Positions 1 through 11,771 are shown, counted from the stretch's first letter. The stretch: DNA of 64,000 nt from Obrimoposthia wandeli (GCA_977020255.1 CDROCS010000410.1:434001-498000), one strand, 5' to 3'. The notes: generated by a model from the letters alone, not told the origin. A program made the numbers and translations.

Positions 1-102
1 GTAACAATATTAAACGAGACTATACCACCAACAACCAAATACACCAATAGGAAATCTAATTCACCAAAAAGAAACGAGGTATGTAAAAAGGCTAAAGGAA
101 GA

Positions 103-999
103 TCAACTAGCTAAATGCTGTTGCATAATATCTCGCAATCGTTGTAGCCCTTTACCCTTGTTCACTGTTTTCCAAGCAAGATAAATACCCGATATTTTTT
201 CGGCTTCGTTTAACTCGACTTCGATCAGTGCCCCCGACGCTAATTGTGATTGAATTCGAGACTTCGGCAGATAACCAACACCAATACCTGCAACGATGGC
301 TTGGATCTTGTGTTCAACAGCATTGACATAAAAGTGTCGACTTTGCTCAATGATGTTATTTGACCAAGGTATCGCATTTTGGGCTGAATCATGGACAATC
401 ACAGTGCGGTAGTTATCAATTTCTGATTTATTGACCGGCGATTGAAAGCTGGCTAGCTCATGCCCTTTCGGTACAACAAAAACCTGCTTTAGATTATCTA
501 AGGCAATAACACTGATCCCTTGTTGATTAGGTACTGGTTCTGGCGCTGCGATAAGTAAATCAGTGCGATCTTCAATTAAGGCTTCCCACGAACCATTCAT
601 GACTTCTTCATTTAAGTCTATTTCAATGTTCGGGTGTTCCTGTAAGAACTGCGCGAGTGGCGCAAGCAATAGCTGCATATCAAAAATAGAATCGAAGGTA
701 ATATTAATTTTCGGTTCCCAACCATGAGAAATGGTCTGCGTTTGTTCGGTTAACTTACTTACTGCGCCAAGTACCTTGCGCCCTTCATCCAATAAATGAC
801 GACCCGCAGGCGTTAACACCGAGCGTCTGCCCTGCCGAACAAACAAAGTCACTGTTAATTGCTCTTCTAATTTCTGCACTATGTAAGAGAGCGCTGAAGG
901 TACTTTGTTTAACTGCTCAGCCGCTGCCGCGAAACTGCCACGGCGGTCAATTGTATCGAGCACTTGTAATGCTTCGATAGTAATTGGAGATTTATACAT
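103..999 (-). CDS. yhaJ: LysR-family transcriptional regulator, YhaJ-like
   Basis: N-terminal LysR HTH (IDRRGSFAAAAEQLNKVPSALSYIVQKLEE); divergent from DoxX/yqjG/pirin, like the E. coli yhaJ-yhaK/yqjFG arrangement. Confidence 0.8.
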   Translation of the reverse strand: MYKSPITIEALQVLDTIDRRGSFAAAAEQLNKVPSALSYIVQKLEEQLTVTLFVRQGRRSVLTPAGRHLLDEGRKVLGAVSKLTEQTQTISHGWEPKINITFDSIFDMQLLLAPLAQFLQEHPNIEIDLNEEVMNGSWEALIEDRTDLLIAAPEPVPNQQGISVIALDNLKQVFVVPKGHELASFQSPVNKSEIDNYRTVIVHDSAQNAIPWSNNIIEQSRHFYVNAVEHKIQAIVAGIGVGYLPKSRIQSQLASGALIEVELNEAEKISGIYLAWKTVNKGKGLQRLRDIMQQHLAS

Positions 1000-1197
1000 T
1001 TATGCCTCTCTTATCATTTAGCTGGTCATGAAACTTGTTATGAGACTTGTTATGAGATTAGTATAAAAATAACGCCGCTATCAATTGTTCAAATATTTTG
1101 AACATACTAAACAAATTTCAGCGGTTATTCCATTCGATTTAAGCGCATACAATGGATCCATACTGAAAAAACATTAACGAACCCAAGAGAGAACAGC

Positions 1198-1644
1198 ATG
1201 AACATCGCAACAATCAAACAAGTATTAACATCAGAAAACAGCTTTTCAGCATTACCACTACGCTTAATAGCAGGCATCATATTCACTGCTCACGGTTCGC
1301 AAAAGCTATTTGCTTGGTTTGGTGGTTATGGCCTAGAAGGTACCGGTCAATGGATGGAGTCAATCGGTCTAGCACCAGGTTACTTAATGGCGATGATGGC
1401 AGGTAGTGCCGAGTTCTTTGGTGGTTTATTACTTATCTTAGGCTTATTGACTCGACCTACTGCATTGGTTTTAGCCGTTACTATGCTGATTGCTATCTTT
1501 AGTACCCATTTTGCTAATGGTTTATTCATGAGTAATAACGGTTATGAATTTGCATTATCATTGTTTGCAATCACGCTTGCACTCATGTTCCAAGGCGGCG
1601 GCAAGCTTTCATTAGACCGTATTTTAGTAAGCAAACTTAACTAA
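1198..1644 (+). CDS. DoxX-family membrane protein (YqjF-like)
   Basis: LRLIAGIIFTAHGSQKLFAWFGG, AEFFGGLLLILGLLTR, NNGYEF motifs; hydrophobic helices. Confidence 0.9.
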   Translation: MNIATIKQVLTSENSFSALPLRLIAGIIFTAHGSQKLFAWFGGYGLEGTGQWMESIGLAPGYLMAMMAGSAEFFGGLLLILGLLTRPTALVLAVTMLIAIFSTHFANGLFMSNNGYEFALSLFAITLALMFQGGGKLSLDRILVSKLN

Positions 1645-1761
1645 TCAATAAAATTCACATTTTTAATGGTTGTTCGAATTACTAGCATAGTAAGTCCTAC
1701 AACTGTTAACACACAACGGTTAACACACAAAAATTGCACAGCATCAGATAGGAGTAGTCTC

Positions 1762-2748
1762 ATGGGATTAATCGTCAACGGCCAGTGGCATGATCAATGG
1801 TACGAAACCAAAAGTAGTAAAGGTCAATTTGAACGTCAAGAGAGTCGGTTCAGAAACACTATTTCCAATGCTGAAGGTAGCCGCTATCCAGCCGAAGCAG
1901 GTCGCTACCATTTGTATGTGTCGTTAGCTTGCCCTTGGGCACATCGAGCATTGATTTTTAGACAACTCAAACAGCTCGAAGACATTATTACTGTCAGCGT
2001 CGTAAAACCAGAAATGCGCAGCAATGGTTGGGAGTTTGACGCCAATAGCGCTATTAACAATACAAGTGATTATAACGATTCTCTGTATCAAAGTGATTAT
2101 GTCTACCAGCTTTACCTGAAAGCTGCGCCTGATTATGAAGGCCGCGTTACTGTGCCAGTATTGTGGGACAAACAAACGCAAACCATCGTCAACAATGAAT
2201 CGAGTGAGATCATTCGCATTTTCAATACCGCGTTTAATGATTTAACGGGTAACAACGATGACTATTACCCAGCAGATTTACGACCTGAAATTGATACGAT
2301 TAACGAGCGTATTTATCACAGCATCAACAACGGCGTATATCGCGCTGGATTTGCCACGACGCAAGCGGCATACGATGAAGCATTCGACGCACTTTTTAGT
2401 AGTTTAGATTGGTTGGAAACACATCTGAGCACGCACCGTTATTTAGCTGGTTCACAACTAACGGAAGCAGATTGGCGCTTGTTCACCACATTAATCCGTT
2501 TTGACGCGGTTTATCACGGTCACTTTAAATGTAACCGCAATAAATTAACTGAGTTCCACCATATCAGTAACTATGTACGCGAGCTATTTCAGGTTAAAGG
2601 CATCGCCAGCACAGTTGATTTGGAATATACCAAGATCCATTATTATGCGAGCCATGACACCATTAACCCGACTTTAATTGTACCCCGTGGACCAGTACAC
2701 AATTTTACTGCTGCGCACGATAGAAATAGCCTAGCAAGCAAAGCTTAA
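1762..2748 (+). CDS. yqjG: Glutathionyl-hydroquinone reductase (GST omega-like, YqjG)
   Basis: MGLIVNGQW start with GGAG RBS at 1751; GRYHLYVSLACPWAHR, TVPVLWDK, IVNNESSEI motifs. Confidence 0.92.
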   Translation: MGLIVNGQWHDQWYETKSSKGQFERQESRFRNTISNAEGSRYPAEAGRYHLYVSLACPWAHRALIFRQLKQLEDIITVSVVKPEMRSNGWEFDANSAINNTSDYNDSLYQSDYVYQLYLKAAPDYEGRVTVPVLWDKQTQTIVNNESSEIIRIFNTAFNDLTGNNDDYYPADLRPEIDTINERIYHSINNGVYRAGFATTQAAYDEAFDALFSSLDWLETHLSTHRYLAGSQLTEADWRLFTTLIRFDAVYHGHFKCNRNKLTEFHHISNYVRELFQVKGIASTVDLEYTKIHYYASHDTINPTLIVPRGPVHNFTAAHDRNSLASKA

Positions 2749-2772
2749 AAGATAACAGCAGAGGAACACACC

Positions 2773-3504
2773 ATGATAAAGCATTATCCTTTCCAACAGC
2801 TTGGCAAAGCAAACCATGGTTGGTTGAAAGCCAATCACCACTTTAGTTTTGCTAATTACTACAATCCGAAAAGAATGGGTTTTGGCTCATTACTCGTGGT
2901 GAATGATGACTGGGTTGCCGCTGGAACTGGGTTTCCTGCGCATCCACATCGTAATATGGAGATTATTACCTTTGTACGTTCTGGCGCTGTTACTCATAAA
3001 GACAACGCGGGTAATACAGGCGTAACCCTTGCAGGTGAAGTACAAGTCATGAGTGCTGGTAAGGGCATAACCCATTCAGAATACAATTTATCCAAAGAGC
3101 CATTAACGCTATATCAAATTTGGATCGAACCGAACAAGCACAACATAAAACCAAGATGGGACAGTAAGGTTTTTTCAGATAACGTAGACATGGTTAATCA
3201 TGCTAATAAAGAGAAAGCCAGCCTTCCCCTACTCGTTTCCGGTTACCCAAACGAGCAAGACGATGCCCTGTTTATCAATCAAACGGCACGGATCTATGGC
3301 GGTAAAATCAAAGCAGGCGCGCAGTTTAATCACGCCATTGAACATCAAGCCTATGTGTTAGCATCTTATGGTGAGTTTGAAATTATCGATAATCAGCAAG
3401 TCGTTGTGATGGGTAAAGGCGATGGTGCGGAAGTGACGAAGCAACACAAGATTACGATAAAAGCATTATCCGATGCTGAGATCATTATCATTGATGCGCC
3501 CTAG
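2773..3504 (+). CDS. Pirin-family bicupin protein
   Basis: HHFSFANYY, GFPAHPHRNMEIIT, VQVMSAGKGITHSE, QIWIEP motifs. Confidence 0.92.
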   Translation: MIKHYPFQQLGKANHGWLKANHHFSFANYYNPKRMGFGSLLVVNDDWVAAGTGFPAHPHRNMEIITFVRSGAVTHKDNAGNTGVTLAGEVQVMSAGKGITHSEYNLSKEPLTLYQIWIEPNKHNIKPRWDSKVFSDNVDMVNHANKEKASLPLLVSGYPNEQDDALFINQTARIYGGKIKAGAQFNHAIEHQAYVLASYGEFEIIDNQQVVVMGKGDGAEVTKQHKITIKALSDAEIIIIDAP

Positions 3505-3529
3505 CGGAAACTTTAAGTGTCCAAAGATC

Positions 3530-3566
3530 AAAAAAGCCTTTAATACTAAATTATCAAAGGCTTTTT
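3530..3566. terminator. Bidirectional intrinsic terminator between pirin and treC
   Basis: AAAAAGCCTTT...AAAGGCTTTTT inverted repeat between convergent genes. Confidence 0.75.
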
Positions 3567-3587
3567 AACTATTTACGTCTCATTATG

Positions 3588-5276
3588 TTATTCGTGTTCT
3601 AGCAGGAAAACGCGACATTCATAAGGCTTTAATTTAACTAAATGCGTCACTTCACCAATTAATAGCTCAGGGAAATTACCGAGTATATACTTTCCTTTTT
3701 TAACATCTAAATCTGCTGGAAATTCATATTCAGCAGCTTCGCCATAATAGTTATTAATACAGATCAGCGTTTGCTGTTCACTACGACGTCGGTAGCAAAA
3801 TAGCTGCGAATGTTCAGGGGCTAAATCGGTATAATCGCCAGTCGTGATAACCTCAACTTCTTTGCGAAGCGCAATCAGACGCTGATAATAATAAAAAACT
3901 GAATTTTCGTCTTTCAACGCTTGCGCTACGTTGACGTCTCTGTAATTTCCAGCAACCTGTAACCACGGCGTACCACTTGTAAATCCAGCATTTTCATCGC
4001 TGTTCCATTGAACTGGTGTACGAGAATTATCACGTGATTTCTGAGCTAGAATGGCCAGAACATCTTCTTCATTTTTACCTTGATGATTAAGCATAATATC
4101 GTGCATGTTAATACTTTCAAGATCTCGATATTGCTCAATTGACGTATAAGCTGGGTTCGTCATGCCAATTTCTTCACCTTGATAAATATAAGGCGTTCCC
4201 TGCATCATATGTAAAGAAGTGGCCAACATCTTAGCGGATTCAACACGATACTCCTTATCATTACCTAATCGAGTAACGATACGCGGCTGATCATGGTTAC
4301 ACCAAAACAGCGCAGACCAACCGTTACCAAACATGCCTTGCTGCCAATGACTAAAAATTGATTTCAGCTGTAAAAAATCAAACGGTATTTCAGACCATTT
4401 TTCACCATCTTGATAATCAATTTTTAAATGATGAAAGTTAAACACCATCGATAATTCTTTTCCATCAAGTGATGAATATTGCTGGCACTGCTCTAGTGAA
4501 GTAGAAGACATTTCACCAACGGTTACCGAGCCGTATTTATTAAACACGGCATCACTGATCTCTTGTAAATACTCATGTACGCGCGGTCCATCAGTATAGA
4601 ACCGACGTCCATCACCTTGGTGGTCATTTCGATAGTCCATCGGCTTTGAGATCAAGTTAATCACGTCAAGTCGAAAACCATCTACGCCTTTCTCAGCCCA
4701 AAAGCTGATGATTTTTTTTACTTCTTCACGAACTTTAGGGTTTTCCCAATTCAAGTCTGCTTGTTCTTTAGCAAAAAGATGCAGATAATATTGATTGGTT
4801 TTTTCATCCAATGCCCATGCATTGCCACCAAACTTTGACTGCCAGTTTGTCGGCGCTTTATCGTCGATTGGATCTTTCCAAATATAGTAATCTCGGTATT
4901 CACTGTCTTTGTTACCCAAAGCAGATTGGAACCAATTATGCTCTGTCGAGGTATGATTAACGACTATATCAAGGATAATACGGATCCCTTTTTGGTGCGC
5001 TATTGCCAACAGTAAATCAAAGTCAGCCATACAACCAAAGTCAGGGTTAATATTGTAATAATCAGAAATATCATAGCCATTATCAATCATAGGTGATTGA
5101 TACATTGGGGTAAGCCAAATCGCATCAATACCCAACGCTTTAAGATAATCAAGTTTAGAGATAATACCTTTAATATCTCCTATGCCTTTATCTCCACTAT
5201 CACAAAAACTTTTCGGATAAATCTGATAAATCGTAGCCGTGCGCCACCATTCTTTGTGTATTTTATTCATATACAT
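3588..5276 (-). CDS. treC: Trehalose-6-phosphate hydrolase (GH13)
   Basis: WWRTATIYQIYPKSF, GFRLDVINLISK, TVGEMS, WCNHDQPR, QGTPYIYQGEEIG; downstream of treB. Start may be 5270. Confidence 0.95.
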   Translation of the reverse strand: MYMNKIHKEWWRTATIYQIYPKSFCDSGDKGIGDIKGIISKLDYLKALGIDAIWLTPMYQSPMIDNGYDISDYYNINPDFGCMADFDLLLAIAHQKGIRIILDIVVNHTSTEHNWFQSALGNKDSEYRDYYIWKDPIDDKAPTNWQSKFGGNAWALDEKTNQYYLHLFAKEQADLNWENPKVREEVKKIISFWAEKGVDGFRLDVINLISKPMDYRNDHQGDGRRFYTDGPRVHEYLQEISDAVFNKYGSVTVGEMSSTSLEQCQQYSSLDGKELSMVFNFHHLKIDYQDGEKWSEIPFDFLQLKSIFSHWQQGMFGNGWSALFWCNHDQPRIVTRLGNDKEYRVESAKMLATSLHMMQGTPYIYQGEEIGMTNPAYTSIEQYRDLESINMHDIMLNHQGKNEEDVLAILAQKSRDNSRTPVQWNSDENAGFTSGTPWLQVAGNYRDVNVAQALKDENSVFYYYQRLIALRKEVEVITTGDYTDLAPEHSQLFCYRRRSEQQTLICINNYYGEAAEYEFPADLDVKKGKYILGNFPELLIGEVTHLVKLKPYECRVFLLEHE

Positions 5277-5356
5277 TGACTCTTAGATGTCTCCGGCGAT
5301 TAAATAGTTGAGCAACACAAGTTACTCAACTATCAACGTTTTTTAATAAATAGTAT

Positions 5357-6811
5357 TTAGTTACTTACGGTACTAAGTTGATCTTCAATTAACGCAGCAT
5401 CCTCAAGTTCGCCTTTTTTCTGAGCGCGATTATAAAGTATAATTGTTAATACAATCGGCACGACGATAGCTGCCAACATAGCCAGTGCATACACAGCCCA
5501 ATATTGTGGTTGAATGGACAAGATACCAGGTAACCCACCAACACCAATGCCGTTAGACATAACACCTGCCATCCCACAAATACCAGCCGCAACAGCAGAA
5601 CCTATCATTGCGCATAACATTGGAAATTTATATTTTAAATTGATGCCGTACATAGCAGGTTCGGTTACGCCTAAATAGGCCGATATTGCAGCTGGTACAG
5701 AAATTTCACGTTCATTATGTTTTTTACTGATCCAGATAATACCGACAACAGCAGAAGCTTGAGCAATATTAGACAAGGCAATGATCGGCCAGATTGGTGT
5801 CCCGCCCATATCTTGCATTAACTGTAAATCAACCGCATTGGTGGTGTGGTGAATACCAGTCACAACCAAAGGCGCATAAAAGAAACCAAAGAGCATTGAC
5901 CCTAAAATGGCAAAATCACCCGTCATTGCAGCTTTAGCAATATAACCAACACCATTACCGATTTCACGCCCGATTGGACCAATGATTGCGTGCGCTAAAA
6001 CAACGGTAACAAGCAGTGAAACAAACGGTACAATCACTAAATACAAATATGCAGGGATGATTCTTTTCAGGTTAGTTTCAATCATTGCTAGTACAACACC
6101 AGCCAAGATGGCAGGAATAACTTGCGCTTGATAACCGACTTTCTCCATCACAAAATAGCCAAAGTCCCATACTTCTGGAGTGCCAGAACCGATACCATAA
6201 GCATTCATTAACTGTGGTGAAACGAGTGTAATACCCAGCACGATACCAAGGATTGGGGTTCCGCCTAGTTTTTTCACTGTCGCCCAACAAACACCAACAG
6301 GCAGGAAGTGGAAGATTGCTTCACCAAGTAACCACAGGAATGAATGAACACCCGCCCAGAATTGGCTAATTTCAACCAAGGTTTTACCATCGAACATGCG
6401 AATATCGCCGATCACGTTGCGGAAACCTAAAATCAGACCACCGGTAATAATCGCAGGTAACAATGGCACGAAGATTTCAGCCATATGCGAAATACCGCGT
6501 TCAAGCAAATTCATATTTTGTCGTGCAGCCAGTTTTGTGGCTTCTTTATCAGCTTCTTTCGTACCCGTCATCTTAGTTAAGATTTTATAAACTTCATCAA
6601 CTTCTATGCCAATAACAACCTGAAACTGGCCAGCATTAGTAAAGCAGCCTTTTACCATCGATATCTTTTCAATGTCGTTAATGTGCGCTAACTCAGGATT
6701 GACTAAAGCAAAACGTAAGCGTGTTAAACAATGGCTTACACTGGCTATATTCCCTTCCCCCCCAATAAGTTCTATCAAGCGTTTAACTTGTTTGTGATCA
6801 ATTTTACTCAT
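5357..6811 (-). CDS. treB: PTS trehalose-specific EIIBC
   Basis: EIIB motif SHCLTRLRF, GQFQVVIG, GIHHTTNAVDLQLMQ, GVTEPAMYG. Confidence 0.95.
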   Translation of the reverse strand: MSKIDHKQVKRLIELIGGEGNIASVSHCLTRLRFALVNPELAHINDIEKISMVKGCFTNAGQFQVVIGIEVDEVYKILTKMTGTKEADKEATKLAARQNMNLLERGISHMAEIFVPLLPAIITGGLILGFRNVIGDIRMFDGKTLVEISQFWAGVHSFLWLLGEAIFHFLPVGVCWATVKKLGGTPILGIVLGITLVSPQLMNAYGIGSGTPEVWDFGYFVMEKVGYQAQVIPAILAGVVLAMIETNLKRIIPAYLYLVIVPFVSLLVTVVLAHAIIGPIGREIGNGVGYIAKAAMTGDFAILGSMLFGFFYAPLVVTGIHHTTNAVDLQLMQDMGGTPIWPIIALSNIAQASAVVGIIWISKKHNEREISVPAAISAYLGVTEPAMYGINLKYKFPMLCAMIGSAVAAGICGMAGVMSNGIGVGGLPGILSIQPQYWAVYALAMLAAIVVPIVLTIILYNRAQKKGELEDAALIEDQLSTVSN

Positions 6812-6843
6812 TTCATTACCTTTCCGTTGTTCGATTTAAGTAA

Positions 6844-6858
6844 ATGGGAACATTCCCG
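6844..6858. promoter_or_regulatory. TreR operator (proximal) upstream of treB
   Basis: GGGAA-CA-TTCCC palindrome at 6846-6857; LacI-type operator. Confidence 0.7.
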
Positions 6859-6893
6859 ATGACAAAAAGCATAACGTAAACCTGATTGACCGT

Positions 6894-6913
6894 AAATGGG
6901 AGCGCTCCCATTT
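6894..6913. promoter_or_regulatory. TreR operator (distal) upstream of treB
   Basis: Perfect 20-bp palindrome AAATGGGAGCGCTCCCATTT. Confidence 0.8.
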
Positions 6914-6929
6914 TGCGACTAAAATCACA
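6914..6929. promoter_or_regulatory. CRP site upstream of treB
   Basis: TGCGA-N6-TCACA against consensus TGTGA-N6-TCACA. Confidence 0.65.
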
Positions 6930-6991
6930 GATTGATACTAATAACTTACTCATAAATATTAGCAAAAACCTGTAAATGCAGCAGAGTAGAA

Positions 6992-7942
6992 CTAATCTAC
7001 TAGAGATACTTCCTGTGTTAAATGAGTCACCTCATGTTCTCCTCGTAGCTGTTTAATCAGTAGGTTAGCTGAGGTTTTACCAACAGAATAGTAGCCGGGA
7101 TCAATACTGAACGTATTAGGGAACACAAAGGCTAATAACTCTGTAGATCCAACGCCAGACACTAATATATCATTACGTTCTAGCACCTGAAGACGTTTCG
7201 CGACACCCATCGCTAGCGTATCACTGGCACAAACAATCGCCTGCGTTTCTGGCGTCAGTACCTTATCAGTCAGATCATAGGCACTGGTATAACTAAGCTG
7301 CCCAGTTTGAAAATTAGGTTCTATATTTGCTGATTTACAACAATCTAAATAAGCATTAAGACGCATTAAGCCCGTCGTTTTATCCTGCACATCTACACCG
7401 ATGTAACTGATATGCTGCTTGCCTTGCTCTTGAATGTGGGTCATTGCCTTTTCAATCAGTCCGTAATTATCATAACCAACAGATGAAACACACTGAGTGT
7501 CAACGGCAATCACAACCGCTCGATGTGCTAGCTTTTCGACTGCAGATAAATCGCATCCTGTAAAACCAAATAATATCACGCCATCGACATCTCTTTTTTT
7601 CAGTACAGCTAAATGTTCATTGGTCTTTTCAACGTCAAACTGACCTTCCATAATCAAAGCGTCATAACCAGCAGCATAAATAACTTCTAAAATACCACTT
7701 ACGACTCTGTTTTCAGACGCAGAATCTAGGCGTGATAAAATAATACCGATAACTTTAGCACTCCCGCCCCCCAGCACTTGCGCCGATTTAGACGGTACAA
7801 ATCCAGACTCCTGAATCACCTGTTCGACTTTTTCTCTTGTGCTGTCTTTTACTTTAGGATCATTGGTTAATACACGTGATACGGTCGATTTTCCAACCCC
7901 AGCCAGTTTTGCGATATCAAGAATAGTGAGTTTTTTTGTCAT
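6992..7942 (-). CDS. treR: Trehalose operon repressor (LacI family)
   Basis: LTILDIAKLAGVGKSTVSRVL HTH; RDVDGVILFGFTG; DKTTGLMR; adjacent to treBC. Confidence 0.93.
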   Translation of the reverse strand: MTKKLTILDIAKLAGVGKSTVSRVLTNDPKVKDSTREKVEQVIQESGFVPSKSAQVLGGGSAKVIGIILSRLDSASENRVVSGILEVIYAAGYDALIMEGQFDVEKTNEHLAVLKKRDVDGVILFGFTGCDLSAVEKLAHRAVVIAVDTQCVSSVGYDNYGLIEKAMTHIQEQGKQHISYIGVDVQDKTTGLMRLNAYLDCCKSANIEPNFQTGQLSYTSAYDLTDKVLTPETQAIVCASDTLAMGVAKRLQVLERNDILVSGVGSTELLAFVFPNTFSIDPGYYSVGKTSANLLIKQLRGEHEVTHLTQEVSLVD

Positions 7943-8036
7943 AAATTTATTGGCCTAATAGATACTTTTTATTATCGCTATCAGCGGGTTATTTCAATTA
8001 TTTAGCCTTGATTATTTAAGGTGATTCCCTCAGATC

Positions 8037-8073
8037 AAAAAAGCCCTTTCACTTTACAATGATAAGGGCTTTT
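8037..8073 (-). terminator. Intrinsic terminator after glk
   Basis: AAAAAAGCCCTT...AAGGGCTTTT hairpin with U-tract on the minus strand. Confidence 0.65.
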
Positions 8074-8147
8074 ATTAACTATAATCTTGTCTGTATTAAG
8101 AAATTAAAATCCAGCCTTATTAGTTATGATTGTACCGTAAAGCATTA

Positions 8148-9107
8148 TTATTTAATAGACTCTAGCTCTTGACGAAGATAAACACTTGCCCCTAATAACC
8201 CAGGGTTATCATGCTTAATTAAAAAAGTTGGAATCGAGGAAAGGTAACTTTTAAAACGCCCTTTTTCTTCAAAGAAATACCTGAAATCGCTAGATTGAAA
8301 TAAATCTGTAAAGCGTGGCACAATACCACCAGCTATGTAAACGCCGCCTGTACAAGCGAGGTTTAATGCAAGGTTACCAGCAAAGCTCCCCATCACTTGG
8401 CAGAAAATATTTAGGCTGCGAATCGCGATATCACAACTACCATCTAATGCAGCTTTAGATACATCTTTAGGTTGGTCAAACTTGACGCGCTGATCAGATA
8501 AAGTACACAGACTTGTATATACATTAACTAACCCCTGCCCCGACAGAATACGTTCTGCAGAAACGTGACCGAATTGTGCTTGCAATAGGAATAAAATATC
8601 AGCTTGTTCTCGTGTATTCACAGTAAAGCTAACATGACCCCCCTCACCATCTAAACTGACCCATTTACCAGCCGACTTAACGATGTGTGAAACACCAAGC
8701 CCCGTACCGGGACCAAACACAGCGGTTGTGCCATCAGCTTGACTTTCGCCACCACCAATTTGTATTTTCTCTTCAGAAGAAAGAAATGGTACTGCTAATG
8801 AAATCGCGGTGTAGTCATTAATGACATATAGCGATGATAACTGAAATGTATCTTGAAGCGCTTGTTTAGAAAACGCCCAACTTAAATTAGTCATCGCCAC
8901 GTGATCATTTTCAACTGGGCATGCAATACCAATACAAAGATGTTTTACTTCTCCTGGTAATATTTCAAAGTATTGAACAAGTGCAGCTTCAAGTGTTGTA
9001 AATTCTGCACACGCAAACTCATGTAATTGACTCAACATCCCCGTTTCAACGTCACAAACAGCAAGTCGAATATTTGTACCACCAATATCAGCAACAACAG
9101 ATAACAT
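8148..9107 (-). CDS. glk: Glucokinase
   Basis: VADIGGTNIRLA, INDYTA, GPGTGLG, GEGGH, SAERILSGQG, GGVYIAGGI. Confidence 0.95.
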   Translation of the reverse strand: MLSVVADIGGTNIRLAVCDVETGMLSQLHEFACAEFTTLEAALVQYFEILPGEVKHLCIGIACPVENDHVAMTNLSWAFSKQALQDTFQLSSLYVINDYTAISLAVPFLSSEEKIQIGGGESQADGTTAVFGPGTGLGVSHIVKSAGKWVSLDGEGGHVSFTVNTREQADILFLLQAQFGHVSAERILSGQGLVNVYTSLCTLSDQRVKFDQPKDVSKAALDGSCDIAIRSLNIFCQVMGSFAGNLALNLACTGGVYIAGGIVPRFTDLFQSSDFRYFFEEKGRFKSYLSSIPTFLIKHDNPGLLGASVYLRQELESIK

Positions 9108-9174
9108 TTTATCTCCTTAAATAATTTATAGTCATACCAAATCCATTAAATATGTGTCCAGCCTCAAGCTTATC

Positions 9175-9207
9175 TTACTCGCACAGTTACTCGCACGTTA
9201 CTCGCAC
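9175..9207. repeat. Three copies of TTACTCGCAC
   Basis: Copies at 9175, 9187 and 9198. Confidence 0.85.
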
Positions 9208-9213
9208 AACAAG

Positions 9214-9229
9214 AAATGGGAGCGCTCCC
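9214..9229. promoter_or_regulatory. TreR-type operator in glk/porin intergenic region
   Basis: AAATGGGAGCGCTCCC, identical core to 6894-6913. Confidence 0.75.
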
Positions 9230-9326
9230 TAAAAGATAACTATAACATAAGTGTTTATAGTTATCTTGATCACAGTATTCATGAAGGTGACTTTATTCCT
9301 AGTAATTTACATTGCACCATAACGGC

Positions 9327-9344
9327 AATGGGAGCGCTCCCATT
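9327..9344. promoter_or_regulatory. TreR-type operator upstream of the porin
   Basis: Perfect palindrome AATGGGAGCGCTCCCATT. Confidence 0.78.
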
Positions 9345-9384
9345 TGTATTGAATAATAAATAAAATAATAAATAGCGCAACTAA

Positions 9385-10617
<1,233 letters not shown>

Positions 10618-10665
10618 AATTCAGATCACACTACGATAATCGCTATTGATTCAGGCTTAGAAAAT

Positions 10666-10692
10666 GCGCCCAAGGTTATTCGCTTTGGGTGC
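10666..10692. repeat. Hairpin element GCGCCCAAGGTTATT..., copy 1
   Basis: Inverted repeat after lamB sharing a CGCCCAAGGTTATT core with 17643-17675. Confidence 0.55.
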
Positions 10693-10802
10693 TAAAGTCG
10701 CATTTATCAGGATAAGCTAAGGTATAAATCTGCTATTCTCAATGGACATGGTATCATTCACTTCTTTAGTTCCAATCCCCAACCAGTTTAATTTGATAAC
10801 CT

Positions 10803-11726
10803 ATGCCTTTATCCAAATTTAATAGTAAAACCTCCCATGTTTCTGCACACCAGAAGGGAATCATAGCGTCAGTAATAGCGTCTTGCTTATTTGCATTACT
10901 GCCCCTGTATGTCCAGTTTCAACCGACTTGGCCAGATACAGCTGTTGCCGAAGGCGCTGGTCATTGGCTCACTGGGCAAAGGATTTTGTGGAGCTCGGTA
11001 ATTATGCTATTGGGTTTAACCTTAGTTGGCCGGATCTCAATGTTGTGGGAACAATTAAAACAATGGCGATTGTGGCCTAGATTCTTACTTTCCGCTTGTT
11101 TAATTGCGCCACAATTTTGGCTGTTTATCTGGGCGCCGCTACAAGGTGAAATACTCTCGGTTGCATTGGGTTATTTTGCGCTGCCGCTAGTCTTGGTTGC
11201 CGTGGGTTATTTTGTCTATGGTGAACAGTTAAGCCGTGTACAGGTAATCGCATGCATCATTGCTGCCTGCGGTGTTGCTTATGCTTATGTCATTGCCGAT
11301 GGCATTTCTTGGATTGTGTTTTTGATTGCTTTAGGGTATCCACTGTACTTTATGAATCGCCGACGTCACCCAATGGCGAGCGACCTGGTATTCACCTTAG
11401 ATAACCTGTTTTTACTACCGTTCGCACTGCTTGCTATGCTTTATTTACAACCCTTTAGTGATTGGCAACACATCGAAATCTCATCTTGGGCTTATTACCT
11501 AGGACTCGGACTAACAGGCACACTGCCTATGCTATTGTTTTTATATGCATCACAAATGCTACCACTTAGCCTGTTTGGTTTATTAACCTATTTAGAACCG
11601 ACATTGGTTTTCTGTGTAGGGTTATTACTAGGTGAACGTGTTGAGCTAATCCAATGGCCTATCTATGGCGCTATTATGCTGGCATTGGTATTAATCGCGA
11701 TAGACAGTTATAAACGACGCGGTTAG
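10803..11726 (+). CDS. EamA/RarD-family transporter
   Basis: RILWS, VALGYFALPLV, GLLTYLEPTL; about 10 hydrophobic helices. Confidence 0.85.
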   Translation: MPLSKFNSKTSHVSAHQKGIIASVIASCLFALLPLYVQFQPTWPDTAVAEGAGHWLTGQRILWSSVIMLLGLTLVGRISMLWEQLKQWRLWPRFLLSACLIAPQFWLFIWAPLQGEILSVALGYFALPLVLVAVGYFVYGEQLSRVQVIACIIAACGVAYAYVIADGISWIVFLIALGYPLYFMNRRRHPMASDLVFTLDNLFLLPFALLAMLYLQPFSDWQHIEISSWAYYLGLGLTGTLPMLLFLYASQMLPLSLFGLLTYLEPTLVFCVGLLLGERVELIQWPIYGAIMLALVLIAIDSYKRRG

Positions 11727-11771
11727 TACGTATTGGTAATCATCAAGATTCGCAGGCTTAGTCCGACCACT

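Noticed and set aside
1666-1761. 32-aa N-terminal extension of yqjG in the ORF track
   Set aside because: The family N-terminus MGLIVNGQW and a GGAG RBS point to ATG 1762; the extension runs through a tandem repeat.
7762-7790. Unusual QVLGGGS segment in TreR as a possible frameshift or homopolymer error
   Set aside because: The reading frame and length relative to TreR homologues are preserved; I treat it as sequence divergence.
9154-9363. 69-aa ORF in the glk/lamB spacer
   Set aside because: It overlaps two TreR operators and a tandem repeat, has no recognisable motif and uses a non-ATG start.
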